A DNA stretch of 64,000 bases, from positions 14,944,001 through 15,008,000 of the forward strand of contig NC_087251.1 of assembly GCF_037042905.1 (NCBI RefSeq), in the 5' to 3' direction. Position numbers and translations under genes: made by a program. The notes under the pieces were generated by a model. That model saw only the letters and a program-made list of their open reading frames with translations. It did no database searches and was not told the DNA's origin. Position 1 is the first letter of the stretch, and each line of letters opens with the position of its first letter. This DNA comes from Lytechinus pictus (Eukaryota). Positions 1-14,500 of the stretch are shown here, piece after piece.

Positions 1-1479
1 ACTAATCCCTTGAGGGGCTTTCACAATTGGTTAACTGATTAATCGCTAAATGAAATGGCCTATCACGATCATCGTTGCATGTGCATTTTGCTCAGTAGAC
101 TGACTGAGAACCAATCAGAATTATTCTTTCAAATTAGCGATTAATTGCGAACCTTCGTGTTATGAGGCCCTGAACGCAACAAATGGGTGACAATGTATTT
201 AAGCTCATGGTTGCACGGTCAGAAAAGGTTGTAAAACCAGTAATCAAAGCCCCTGTTCCACATTGATATTCCTGCTACTGTTGGCAAATTTCTAAGATTG
301 AGTAGGATAGTATGAAAATAAACCTTTGACGTGGAAGAGTAACGAAATGTTTGCCAGAATGAATACCTTCACAGGATAACCACATCAGTGTCATGTTCAC
401 GTACTGTCTGGAAAGACCTTCCCATACTCAGCCTGCTGCTTCATATCATGTAGTTTAGATTCACTAGGTGTTTTATCTTTTAAAATGCAAGAGCTCTTTA
501 TTCAATGTTTTAACATTAGATTCCATGTTCTTCGTTGACACATACAAAACATTCTGATAATCTTTTTTTACGAGTGTTAATTTTAGAATTTTAGAAATGC
601 ACGAACACGTGCAAAATTTATCAAAATAGGTTGTGTCAGCACTCAGCAGATTTTCTAATGGTGAATGGTTTTCTATTGGATATGAGCTTTTATTTCAAGA
701 TTTTCACTGCACTTTTCATATTTAAAATTGTTAGGCCTTAAAAATTGCATTTTCTGTGAAATTCTGGGAATTGTATGTTCTTTTGAATGAGGTGAAATTT
801 TTCCACAAATGGAAGTATTCTGACTGGAAATGTGGCTGCTGATCTGCACAAATGTCCCTTATCGATTTTCCTTGTCGTCACGACGTTGGTTCAATCCATT
901 TTTCAATTGATCCATGTCCCCTCTCCTTAGATTGGGAGTTTCAGTTCATGCATAGTCAGTTTATACCCAAGAAAATTTAAAAAGAGATTTTTGCTGGCAA
1001 AAATGAATTCTTAATTTTCATGGGCTACTTTTCACAACTATGTACATGTACTACCTGAATCTGCAACATTGGATAAACTTTGAAAATGCAACAAATGGGG
1101 ATTTTCCAGGGCTCTTTTGAGCATTTTTTTGGGGGGGAATCGCCCCAGCCCCCGTGTATTTGTTTCCCTGGATTCATGTACCTGTTGATACCTGTTTATA
1201 CCATTGTACCTTTATAATATCTATCCTGTTTCTCCTTTGTCTTTTTTCCTCTTTTTCCCCTGTTTTTCTTTCTCTTTTAAAAATTATTACAAACATAAAA
1301 CTGATTTCTATAACGTGTGTTGGACTTTGTTGTGTGCTATCTCTTTCACCTACATTGTTATTTGCCTGTTTTCATTGTAATCTGATACACGTGTACACTG
1401 CACCTTTATAACCTCTATGATAGTTGACACTCAAATGTAGAACTTGTCTTTATGTAGGAGAACCTTTTCAGTATTTCTG

Positions 1480-1725
1480 TATTGCATCTCTTTTTTTTTC
1501 TTTCCACCTTTCTATTCCCTTTTTTTCTTTCCTCTGTTTGTCTTTCTTTCTTTTACTCCCTCTCCTCTCCATCCTTTTCATCTCATTCCCCTTTCCTCTC
1601 CCTTTACCCTGTCTTCTCTCCCTTTCCCTCACCCTGTCTCCTTAGCTCTCCGTTACCCTCCCCCTCCCCTTACCCTTACCCCCCCCCTTCTCCTTCCATG
1701 TCTCTCTCTCTCATCTATCTTTTCA
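1480..1725. repeat. Polypyrimidine (CT-rich) low-complexity tract
   Basis: Read directly. It generates the spurious F/L/S/P ORFs in the track. Confidence 0.85.
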
Positions 1726-2525
1726 TGGCGACACTGATTGGAATTATCATTGCATGTAATCTGTGTGTAATTACTCCCATGATCTGGCCTTGGTTCTTTG
1801 TATTCAATCCAATCTATTCCGATATGCCCTTTGATCCCTGCAATAAGAAGTAGGTCTATACTTTGGAATTGGTTGAATCAATGCTCACTGAAAAGCTGAC
1901 ATCAATTTGCTATGAATTGTCTTGTTACAATATCCTGCAGGATGATTTATTTCTATTATCAATATGTACATGCATAAAATGTGAAGATACTTCACTTCAA
2001 CATTTTAACGGCATCTTGGGTAAGAAAGTGTTAAAAATCTGAAGACTGTTACATACATATACATTAAATAAATAATGTACCTGGTACATAATACTAGTAA
2101 TAACTTACTAAAGATATATGAAAGCGATGTAAGGTTATTTTATCACTCATGAAGTGATGTTCATTTTTTTCTGCTTGCCTGAAAATCTGGTAATTGTATT
2201 ATCACTTTTTTTTTCTTCAGAGATTTAGACAAATTAACTGAACAATATACTTGTACTTGTGTTATTTATTATTTGCAGAAGAAGGATGAAAAAAAAAATT
2301 TATTCCCCAAATTTAGTAATTTACTATAATAGCAGTTTTGTTGAGCTCTCTTTTACTTTGATTTCTACAGTATAAAACATGCATGTGCAAAATTGAAATG
2401 TTTATATTCTTGTATTGTTAAATCTAACCATTATGTCATTTTGTATTTTTCAGATTGATGAAGAAAACATTTTCACCCTCTGCAACCTTTCTTGATTGTG
2501 ATGTTCCGAATGGAACGATGTAGCC

Positions 2526-2597
2526 ATGGCTTCTTCAGACGAAGGTGACTCATCCGCCCCGTCAACGCCAAACTATGCCCAGCTATCGGGATATTCG
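2526..2597 (+). CDS. ERR: ERR coding exon 1 ([24 protein letters not shown])
   Basis: Acceptor ttttcag before 2454, in-frame upstream TGA, Kozak gccATGG at 2526, donor GTAAGT at 2598, phase 0 matches next exon. Confidence 0.75.
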
Positions 2598-5500
2598 GTA
2601 AGTGTGCTACATACAGTACTGTAAGCCTGAGTCTAATCCATTTGAAAACTTACACTCCATTGATTCTGTCAAGCCCCATTTTTGTTTTGGTGAAGCCGTT
2701 GCACCAATGAGATTAATGAAAATGGCAATGCGTAGGAAAGCGGTACTTTTACCATACAGTGTCGGATAGGAAATGGTGGACAGTATTGTCTAGCTAGTTT
2801 TTACTTTAATTATATTCACAGGTATTATGAAAGTCCTTTCATCTCTGAGGGAGCAATGAACCACCCAGGCAAAGATCGGAATGTTTATCAAAATGTACAT
2901 TTTCTATAAAGGATGTAGAAAAAAGCATTGAACTTGTGCCTAGCAAAAAAAAAAAATAATAATACAAAAATTTTAAAAATAAAATAAATGGGGAAATTCT
3001 AGATCAATACAGTGATAAATGATTTAGTATTTTCTTAATTTTTAAGTTGTTTGATTTAAAATAGTATTATTATCTCATGAATTTTAAAAATAATATAGTG
3101 TCTTTCAAAGAGCAAACATGAATGAATAATTTTACTTCACAATGCAGCCTCCCGCCAATGTACCTATGGTGAAGGCCGAGTACGATGGGAGCCCCGGTTG
3201 CAGCAGCGACAGCGTCTGCTCTCCCGAGTCGAATGGCGCCCTCATCAACGGCATCCAGAACACTCTCCTTGATGAGGCTGCCAAGGGGGATGGGGACCAA
3301 AGTGCTAACCCTAGGCTATGTGCTGTATGTTCAGACCTGGCATCTGGGTATCACTATGGCATAGCATCATGTGAGGCTTGTAAAGCCTTCTTCAAGAGAA
3401 CAATTCAAGGTGTGTACCATGTTCCTGTAAAATATTTCATTAAATTTACCTTGATTTACCTTGATGTTGGGCATAAAGTATAGAAGACTTATTTGCCCCT
3501 CTGCATCTTCTTAGAACTTGTCCTCAGTTGAACGCGACAATTTTACAATGCATGTGTGGGTTTGGACGAGTTATGTAAATTCTGTGTCGGGGTCGAAACG
3601 ATTAAACTTGGTTTTAAACATGCAATATTGAAAAATCTTTGAGGAAAGATAATCATTAACATTAAAATCACTCTTTTCCATGCATTTTTCTCAATATTTC
3701 TTTTGGTACATGCAGTTATAAAGACCCCCCCCCCGCCCAAAAAAAAAAATGGTGTTGTCAATACAAAAAAAATCAAATTATTTTCTTGTTTATAAATAGT
3801 GGTATCTGTCCTAGATGATTCTTGTTCAAGATTTAAGAGAGAGTTATCCACAAATTCAACAGCGTGAAATACATTAGTATTCATGAATTCATGATATTTT
3901 AGAATATTCTTAAATCCATGATATTTATCAATTTTTTATACTCATATTCATAATTTGAAATGTCCAATTGCTATACGTTCAAACAAATCTTTCAAATTTA
4001 TGCTCATACCCTCATCAGTACACTTCTGATGATATTCAGTTAGGCCTGAGTCATTTCGTTTATTTTGGAAAACGCTATTAATGAATGGGCGGTTAGGGTT
4101 AACTGGCCGGGGGAAATAAATAAATAAACCTCCCCAAAAGTTGCTTTAAGGGATGGTCCAGGCTGGAGATATTTATATCTCAATAAATAGAGTAAAATTT
4201 ACAAAGCAAAATTCTGAAAATTTGATCAAAATCGGATAACAAATAACGAAGTTATTGAATTTTAAAGATTTGCATTATTCCAGTGAAACAGTTCTAGGCA
4301 TGTCTTTATGAATGTTAATTAGGTGGGCTGATAATGTCATATCCCCACTTGTTCTTTTGTATTTTATTATATGAAATTAGGTTTATTCAGAATTTTTCTA
4401 CCAAGAACTAAAACAATTGGATTGACAACTGATTAAGTGCATTAGTTATTCATTGCCGCAACTTATTTATTTTTATTGTATAAGATATAGATATAAGGGA
4501 ACTTATTTTACAGGGCCACATGGCCTTATTTTTGTTTCCCTTTTTTTCATTTTCAAATGATTTAGCATGTATTACCCTTTCTTGTTTTTATTGAAAGGCA
4601 TTCTGTATTAACTGTTTATATGTATTTTACTTTTATGAATGTATATTATTGCATGTATTTAATTTGTATTGTAATGAACTGTTTTTATATGATTATGGAA
4701 AATAAATGATCAAACAATCAAACAAACAAATTTCATAATTTCATTTATAATGGAGACATCATTTACACATGTATGAAAAATGAAACATTAAAAATTTCAT
4801 GTAATAACATAAAAAGGAAAGTGGGGATGTGACATCAACCCACCTCTTGAATATTCATGACGCAACTTTAAAATTCAATAACTTCAATATTTGTTATCTG
4901 ATTTTGATGAAATGTCCAGCATTTTGCTCTGTGAATTTTACTCTATTTATTTAGATATTCAGCCCGGACCATCCTTTTAAATGTCACATATTGATATCTT
5001 CACATCAATAAAATGGCCATCTATTTCAATTTTCCAAATTTCCCTGAAATTATTTTTATTTAGTTGGAAACTATCAAGAAAATGAAGAATATTTCCTTCT
5101 TTCTTGACTCTGAAAGATCATACTTTTAGTTAATGTCACACGAGATCAACTAACATGAATGTCTACATGTGGGACCACAATAAATACATATGCCAAATTT
5201 GGGCAAAACAAATTTCGAGAATCTTAATTGTAGAACTGAACTAACATTTTTGCCAGTGGATAAGCCAAGTAAAAGTCGTTGAATAATTTATATTGAACTT
5301 ATTTACATGTATGCATTTGGGCTCATTTTCTCGACTTGAAATAAAAAATCCTATCAAGATCACCTTCAAAATTGATTCGCAATTCATTATGGGTATTTTT
5401 TTTTTGAGTCGAGAAAATGAGCCCAAATGCCATAAATAGATTCAATGGAATAACAGACTTACAGTAAGTCTAATAAAATGTAAGTTTATGTCTATAACTT

Positions 5501-8500
5501 AGAATCTCGTAATTTGTATAGCCCGAATTTGGCGTATTCTTTATTGAGGTAAACATGTAGACTTTCATGTTAGTTGATCTAGTGTGATATCAACTGAAAG
5601 TACAATCTTTCAGTGTCAATAAGAAGGAATTATTATTCATTTTTGATAGTTTCCAACTAAATAAAAATTATTTCAAGGAAATATGGGAAAAAGATGAAAA
5701 TTTCTTGGATGTAAAAATGTGAAATTTCCTAAACTTTTCGGGTAGTTTTTTTTTTACATCAAATTGTCAAAGTAGGAAAAATTGTATGCCCTGAATGCTT
5801 GAACGGTGTTTAAACGTTTTGACTCGGCCCTGTATTCAATATTCCCGCTTTTTCTCTGAGTAGGTATTTCCTCTATTGAATGTTCCTTATAATATTCAGT
5901 ATTTCAGATGCCATAAATGTGCAGGTAGATCCTCCAGAATATTTTTAAGTCAATCTGTATGACTGATTGATTAGATAGTGGGTCCGGTCGGTACCGTAGA
6001 TTTACCTTCTGTAAATTCTTCAAGTGCTCTGTTTGAAGGGGTGTTTAGGGACAGTGATTTTCCGCGATCACAGAAAACGGACGGAATTCACAGAAATTGC
6101 CTTTTGAAACAGAAAGTGGCATTTCAAACGGAAAATCACGGAAAACATATTTTTCCTCAGAATACACAGAACAGCAACAGAAATTACTCCAAAATCTCAA
6201 CAAAATACGAACATTAAATGGCCACAAAACTTCACAAAACACGATCTCACTTCACTACAAAGTATGACAATCCACACATCGTGACTGCTCTTGACTCCAT
6301 CACGCTCGATCGTACCCCTCGCCCGCGCCCCGGCCGGCAGGTCGGCCGTATCGAAAACATTCACATGCACACATCGTTTGATTTAACATCACGGTCGTGT
6401 GTTGCTGCCCTCTACGTTTGAAGATGTAACAGCACGATATTCCGGTCTTGAAATCCAAAATGGCGGATAGGCTAAAGTCGTTGACTGCTCAAAACGATGT
6501 CCAAAAAACCCCAAAATTATCAATAAAATTTCATTCAACCGTAAAATAATGCTAATAATGTGAAAGGTGAGGATGTATTCATGTTAAATGTATTTGTCAA
6601 AATATTTTGTGTACCCGCGTAGACCCAATTAGAGCGGATTCTACTGCGTTGTTGGTACAGTGGCAGATACAAATTTTGACCAGCGCAAGTGATGTGATAT
6701 TGCTATTGAATGGGTAAACGGAATTGTCAATTTTCCGTGTACACAAAGTCTATGGGGAAACAGAATTTCCGTTTTCTGACATGCTGAAACGGAATTTAAG
6801 ATTTTCTGAAACAGAAAGGGCAATTTTTTTTTACGGAAAATCACTGTCCCTAGGTGTTTGGAAAGATTTATACCCCTTTCACACTGAGCAAACTTTACCT
6901 CGTTGCTCCCTGTAATATACAAAGTTGGCAAAATCTTATCTAGAGACTGTATCAAATAAGTTATCAGACTTATTTGGGTTTATACATACCAGCGTGGGAA
7001 ATACATGTACTTGATAGTGATAGGCGATTTCGCCCTGATGACAGTCAAAATCCCCCCTAAAGGGGCGACCATTGTTTTTAGATTCACCCTTAAATCTGTC
7101 ACAAACAATATTCAAGCTAGAAAATCAATATTTAAAGTATTGCAGAATGATGATGTTTGCTTTTACTGCATAATTGCTTGTTACCCCTAAAAAGTAACCT
7201 TGAAAATAAAATAAAAATAGCAGCCAAATTCTGCAATCGCCTCAATGTGGAAGAAAGAATAGCCCTCCACAAAATAAAAATTATATCCTACCCTGTTAAT
7301 GTTTAAGACCATCAATACGATATACAGGTGAATAATTTTTTGGGATTAGACCAGGTGGGAAATCACCATGAGAGAATTCAGTGGATTGAACAGCTTGCCC
7401 TATTTATTTTGGCTACTCCAAGCTAAAAATAATGTGATTTGCGTAAATATATTAAATTTGAACAAGGAATATACTAAGAATTTCATCAAAATTGAATATT
7501 TAGAAGTTGTTCATTAATGTGGCTGACAGAGTTCTAAGTATGTCATCGTGGATATTCAATGAGCAAGGTGATCATGGAATGTCCCCTCTTTTTCCTTAGT
7601 TTTTTTTTCAATTAGTCCCATTCTCTGCTCCAAGAATCTGATAATGGGACTTAGTTCTGTTGTAGGCCCTAATGTTGAAGATCATCGTCTTGCAAAGTAT
7701 TACAAGGAAGATAACTTTACAATGATATAATAATGAAATATGGCATTTTTGAAGGCTTCATTATCATGGTGTAAATATCAAGAAAAAGGAAAGTGGGGAC
7801 CAGGCATCAACAGCTTGCTCATTGCATGTATACAACTGTTACACTGAAATAATGCAAACCCCTTTTTTTTCTATTGAATGAGTTTGATGAAATTTTTAAT
7901 GATTATATTTACGTTTATTTACTACTATTCAAATCATAATATTTTGGCCTAGATTACCTTGTTAGAGAAATAAGTATGAGACTTTGTGAGTGTTCCCTTC
8001 CCCTCTCTGTTCCTCACCCTCGAGCAGTTGACCCTAACAATTTGCAGCTCAAACCACAGGCTGTGCAGTCAGTATATAAAGAGAGCTATACTGAGCTCAA
8101 TCACAACAACCATATATTTTTGTCACCAAGGTAGTGTCTTATGAATAATGTCCTCTGACCTTGAATTGGGTCAATGTTGAATAATAATCTAGTATGTAAA
8201 AAAGAAATGCATACTATGAACAATAGCATATGTTCAATGGCTTTACATTAAAGGTCAAGTCCACCTCAGAAAAATGTTGATTTGAATCAATAGAGAAAAA
8301 TCAGACAAGCACAATGCTGAAAATTTCATCAAAATCGGATGTAAAATAAGAAAGTTAGGACATTTCAAAGTTTTGCTTATTTTTAACAAAATAGTTATAT
8401 GAACGAGCCAGTTACATCCAATTGAGAGAGTCGATGATGTCACTCACTCACTATTTCTTTTGTTTTTTATTGTTTGAATTATACAATATTTCAATTTTTA

Positions 8501-11500
8501 CGAATTTGATGATTAGGACCTCCTTGCCTGAAGCACAAAATGTTAAAATAATGGAATTCCACGTGTTCAGGGAGGAATGAAACTTCATTTCACATGACAA
8601 TGACGAGAAAATCAAAATATTTCATATTTCATATAATAAAATACAAAAGAAATAGTGAGTGAGTGATGTCATCAGTTCCCTCATTTGCATACCGACCGAG
8701 ATGTGCATATAACTGTTTTGTGAAATGAAGCGAAACTTTAAAATGTCTTAACTTTCTTATTTTACATCCGATTTTGATGAAATTTTCAGTGTTATGCTTG
8801 TTGAATTTTTCTCTTTTTATTCAAATCAAGTTTTTTTTGGGGTGGACTTGTCCTTTAAAAGGAGCTATCTTTCACACTAAATACCAATATCAATTCCACT
8901 TTACATTGTAAAACATGATAGCTTTGATAAGTTCCCTCAAAAGGTTTTGATTTATTCTTTTCTAACAACTATCCACTTGGGTTGGAATCCATGTAGAACT
9001 GTTTCAAATTTTGTATACTACCAAATTAAAAAACTGCTAATCAAAATTTAGTATACAGTCAATTAATACAATAGTTCATTTAATCTGCTTATGATTTGCC
9101 ACCTCTTTGCTTTGTATATTATTGATTGTGAACTTTGGTATCTCTTTGATCTCACTCACTGAAAATAAGTTATCAAGAGTTTTTTTTTTTTTTAGACAAG
9201 TGACTGTTGTTATTCTATTGGTGCTTTTTTTATGTGGAAAGTTTGGAAACATTAGAATTACAGTACGATGTAATTCGGACTGCCTTTCAAATTTTGATAA
9301 AAGCGGTAGCCATACTACTCCACTTATGCTGCAAAATCCTTGTGTGAACTGTACATCAGTGTCATATTACCATTGTGTGGAACTTCGAATCACTTTCAAA
9401 TGAAAACTATGCACACTGGGAATTTGAAAGTTCTGACACACCCCCTTATCAGAAAGGACAGAATTACTATCTGTCACTGAAAACAATTTGGGATTAGCTC
9501 TTGCATGGTGTGAAAGTACTCTACAGGTGATTCAAATGAATTAAGATATTGTATTATCAAGATTGTTGTTGCAACACCATCTAAAAGCTTTCTCAATTAT
9601 AGTATTGCTCTTATTGTTTATTCACACAGGTTGGAGAGAAGGTCACTCCTTATCAAAATGTTTGTGCAAGCTGATCAAAAGTTTATCAGTATGAAAGATT
9701 TACATGTTGAAATGTTAACAACATACTGGAAAGATGTTAAGTGGGAAGAAATTCCTTGAATGCTTGATCGCCTGATCAATATACAAGTTACTAAGCTGAA
9801 TAATATGCAGTGTTTGCGAACATTTGCATGATGTGCTATATATATACATGTACAGTAAATGTTGCATATTATAATTGACCAATTCCTATCATTGAGACTA
9901 CATACATGTACATGTATACATTCAGAGTTCGCATATAAATCTACATTCTGACAGGTTAATAATCATGATGAGAACACTCCTCTATGTTATTGTATTTACA
10001 TGTATGGTATCATTTCAGAGTGCTCATTTTATGAATGTTGATTATGTAAGTACTTCCTAGATTTTATTGATGTATTTATCAATCAAAGACTGAAAACTGA
10101 ATAAGTTTGTTATAATCCAAAATAATAATGTCAACCAAACCAAAAGTAAACTAGGTAGTGAGCAATGATTTTGAGATAAAGGTTTTAAATTGTTAATGGT
10201 TATAAGGCCTTTATCTCAATGTTATTGCTTGCTAGGTTTACTCAAGATATGTTTACAATTTGATGTTCATAACCAACAATATTATTTCAGATTAACATAA
10301 TTATTCAGTTTTTAGTCTCGATTGATTTTTTATCCAGTGGTATAAACTCCATGTGTAAATCAAGAGATTTATTTCTTTCCTTCTGGGGTGCAAGACACAT
10401 GTGCATCTACATGTACGAGAATCGAGTTGCATTAATATGATATTTGCATCAGCTGTACATTGTTAATCATTAATTAAACCTGGTTTTATGGAATTCATGA
10501 ATAGTATTCACATTGAACAGTTGTTGGATGATATTTGCTGAAGTGTGAAATGTAATACTTTGCTAATTTTCAGTATATTATGGATCATCGAGTCCAACAA
10601 TATACCATTCATACTATTTTGCAAAACTTATTGAGTTACATGTATAATTACACTGCTCTCATTATCATAGTGGCAAGGCTTGAGTAGCCTATATGTATAA
10701 TATCTAGAAATTTACCTTTAGATTGAGAAAAAAATTCTAATGCATGTTTTAGGAGCCAGTGAAGACAATCATGATCAGTGACAGGGCATGTAGGTGTAAT
10801 CGGTCCTGATACTGCTGCTTCTTACCCATTCAGAAATTGAGTTACATGTGGTTTCATTTACTTGTAATTTATTTAATTTTCAATTTCAATATTATTTTTT
10901 TGTCATTCTGATCAGGTAACCTGAATTACCAGTGCCATTCCACAAGAGCATGTGAGGTGAATAAGAAGAGGCGTAAAGCATGCCCGGCATGTCGCTTTCA
11001 AAAGTGCATCAATATGGGCATGATGATAGATGGTGAGTCTGGTTATTCCACCAATTGATCAACCGTTGATCCGATGGTAGTCATAATCATTCAATTAGAT
11101 TAAAACTTCACTTCATGAATCCAATGTAAAAAAAGTTGTGGTGGGAACGTTCTCAATCTTTTTGGTCATTTTAAGAACAGAAATAGTTTTGATTCATTTG
11201 TCTCCAATGGTTCAACACACACTGATATATGTGATAAATGGATGCTGTGAAAAGCATTTCAGGGATTCTGATAGGTATTCAAATATGCAAGATCTGGATT
11301 TTGAGACCAGTATTTAATCATAGACTCAATATTCATGGAAATAAAAAACAATACATACAGTATCCTGTTGGGTTCAGTTTTAATTTTTTTTTTTTTTTAC
11401 AGTCATTATTACATACTAGTACACTGTACTCATAGAAATTCTGTAAAAAAATGAATCTTCGGTGAGAACAATGGCAGGAAATGGAAGTTCAGTGACCTCT

Positions 11501-14500
11501 ACCTATTTATTTACAGCACTGAGAGCCTTGGCGCAATAGCTGTGATACATGGAATCATATTAATCACTTTCATATTTAGAGCATTGAAGAAAAAGTAATT
11601 AAAGAGAGAGTAAAGTTCCACCCAGATAGTTTTGAAATAGGATTAAAAGATTATTAGTGGACATTGCTACATGAATGTCTTCTGTTCTGCGTGCTAGTAA
11701 CATGCAGTATTCTAAACAGAGACAATCATGGAATTAATAGTTTTCAAGCCCTTTGATAGAAATATATTTTTATTTTAGGGGGAAAAAGTCAGCCATGCAG
11801 TTGAACACCTACCTTGTATTCATATGACAGCATGGTTATATGTCAATTTAAAATGTCTGAAACATATAAATACTTCATGTATTATCATTGTGGATGCGCA
11901 GGAAGTGGAAAATCTGAAATTACAGATGATTTGTGGATTTTACTGCAAATTTATTCACAAATGTAAAACTAAACTCATATTCAGGATTATTGCAATATGT
12001 GGAAGACCCTTATTGTTTTTTGTGTGTTGAGATATCTTTTTAATTTTCACTCACTTTACAAATTTTGGTGTCCTATCAACAGTTTTTGTGAATTGAATGT
12101 TGGTTGTATGACCGTCAATATCTTAAGAAAAAAATCTTTAAACTGCATCTGACTGATTTCTTTTTGTGAGAATCCATTTCATTACTGCCAAAATTATGAA
12201 CATTATTTACAAAAAGATGACTATGTAGAATCAAAAGTAGTTGTGTACATAGTAAACATTATTTGACTTGCTTCATCAAGTACGTGTAATTTTAATCCGA
12301 CATTGGAAAGTATCCCAAATTAATTTTGCAATGAAATGAGAAGTAGAAGCAATTGCGAGTATATTTTTTGTTTAATTTTCTGTGTCATGAATATCTGAGG
12401 AAGATTTCATTTTTTAGCATTTTATAAACGTGTAAGTGAGGGCTAGTACTTTGTACTTTGGGTTAGAATTTATAATGTGTTTTTCGCCATTTGATGTGTT
12501 TGTTTGTAGGAGTTAGACCCGACAGAGTACGAGGAGGCAGGCAAAAGTATAGGAGGAGGCCAGAAGAAACGGACTTTGCTCCTTCTTCTTCAGCGAGAAG
12601 AGCGAAACATAAGAGAGGTAAGGTTCAAACTTGAACATTTAAAGAGGATTAAGGGTGGCATATCAGGTAGACTTTAGTCTAACTTGGATTTGTGTGTTAT
12701 CTTTTTGTTGGATAATGATAAAAAACTGATAAGAAACTGAAAATGAGTGATTGAAACGGAGTGATGTCATAATGGCTAGCTCATTGCTAAATAACAAGAC
12801 TGTTTAGTGATACATTTAATTAGCATTTTAAGACCCACTTCAAAAGTGGGTGGTATGGAAGGAGGTACAGAGGTGGTGGTGACGGATTGAAAAATATCAA
12901 ATGACTTTATCAGGAAGATATAAAACAGTATTTACATATGAATATGATTTAAAGGATGTATCATAGGTTATAGTCTATCATGGATTTGTGTCTGTATGCG
13001 GGTCATTTATTTGTATAATCAGAAGAAACTGATAAGTAAAAAAAGGATTAAATAGATTGATGTCATAATGGTTTACTGATTGCTGAATAACAAGACAGAA
13101 CCAGAGATAAGTTTCCATTTGATTTAGAGATCTAGGCTACCTGAAGAGTTGGTTCAAGGGGAAGAAGGGATGGAGAATGGAGGAAAGATGGTTGAAGAGA
13201 TAGGAGCAGAAGGAATGGATGGGGGAAGATTGGAAAGAAGAAGGAAGGGGAGGGGGAGTTGGACATACATTGCAGAGATGGAGAATACTATGATAGAATG
13301 ATGAATGACTAGATGGGGAAAGAGATTGGTGGGATTCATTGGAATGAAAAGATTTGATTGAGATAAGTAGAGAAAAATACAGCATTAATCATTTAGTGAA
13401 GAGATTAAAGGTATGTGATTTCTTCAGTTTAAAAAAACATGCATTGTTGTTAGTTTGATTATTTTTTAATACACTCTGAATTGTAATGTTTGTGCACATG
13501 TTGGTACATGTGGGTTTAATCTTAAAAGATTATTCAGTGAATAGAAAGCGTCTTACACGTACACACGGGGCAGCGGAACTGTTTTGAAAGTGGGGGGGCT
13601 GAGCCGAAAGTGGAGGGGCTGACCATGCAAAAAGTCACAATCAGATGGCAATTTTTGTCTCACCTGCATAGCAGAGTGAGACTATAGGCGCCGCTTTTCC
13701 GACGGCGGCGGCGGCGTCAACACCAAATCTTAACCTGAGGTTAAGTTTTTGAAATGACAGCATAACTTTGAAAGTATATGGACCTAGTTCATGAAACTTG
13801 GCCATAAGGTTAATCAAGTATTACTGAACATCCTGACTGAGTTTCATGTCACATGACCAAGGTCAAAGGTCATTTAGGGTCAATGAACTTAGACCATGTT
13901 GGGGGAATCAACATCAAAATCTTAACCTAAGGTTAAGTTTTTGAAATGTCATCATAACTTAGAAAATATATGGACCTAGTTCATGAAACTTATACATAAG
14001 GTTAATCAAGTATCACTGAACATCCTGCATGAGTTTCACGTCACATGACCAAGGTCAAAGGTCATTTAGGGTCAATGAACTTTGGCCGAATTGGGGGTAT
14101 CTGTTGAATTACCATCATAACTTTGAAAGTTTATGGATCTGATTCATGAAACTTGGACATAATAGTAATCAAGTATTACTGAACATCCTGTGCAAGTTTC
14201 AGGTCACATGATCAAGGTCAAAGGTCATTTAGGGTCAATGAACTTTGGCCAAATTGGGGTATTTGTTGAATTACAGCCATAAATTTGAAAGTGTGTTGGT
14301 CTAGTTCATAAAACTTGGACATAAGAGTAATCAAGTATCACTGAACATCCTGTGCGAGTTTCAGGTCACATGATCAAGTTCATGTAAGGTCAAAGAACTT
14401 TGGCCACGTTGGGGGTATTTGTTGAATTGCCATCATATCTCTATAAGTGTATTGGCCTAGTTCATAAAACGTGGAAATAAGAGTAACCAAGTATCACTGA

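Noticed and set aside
1154..1853. Hydrophobic ORFs (also 22577-22979 and 30870-31262)
   Set aside because: Artefacts of CT/GA low-complexity tracts.
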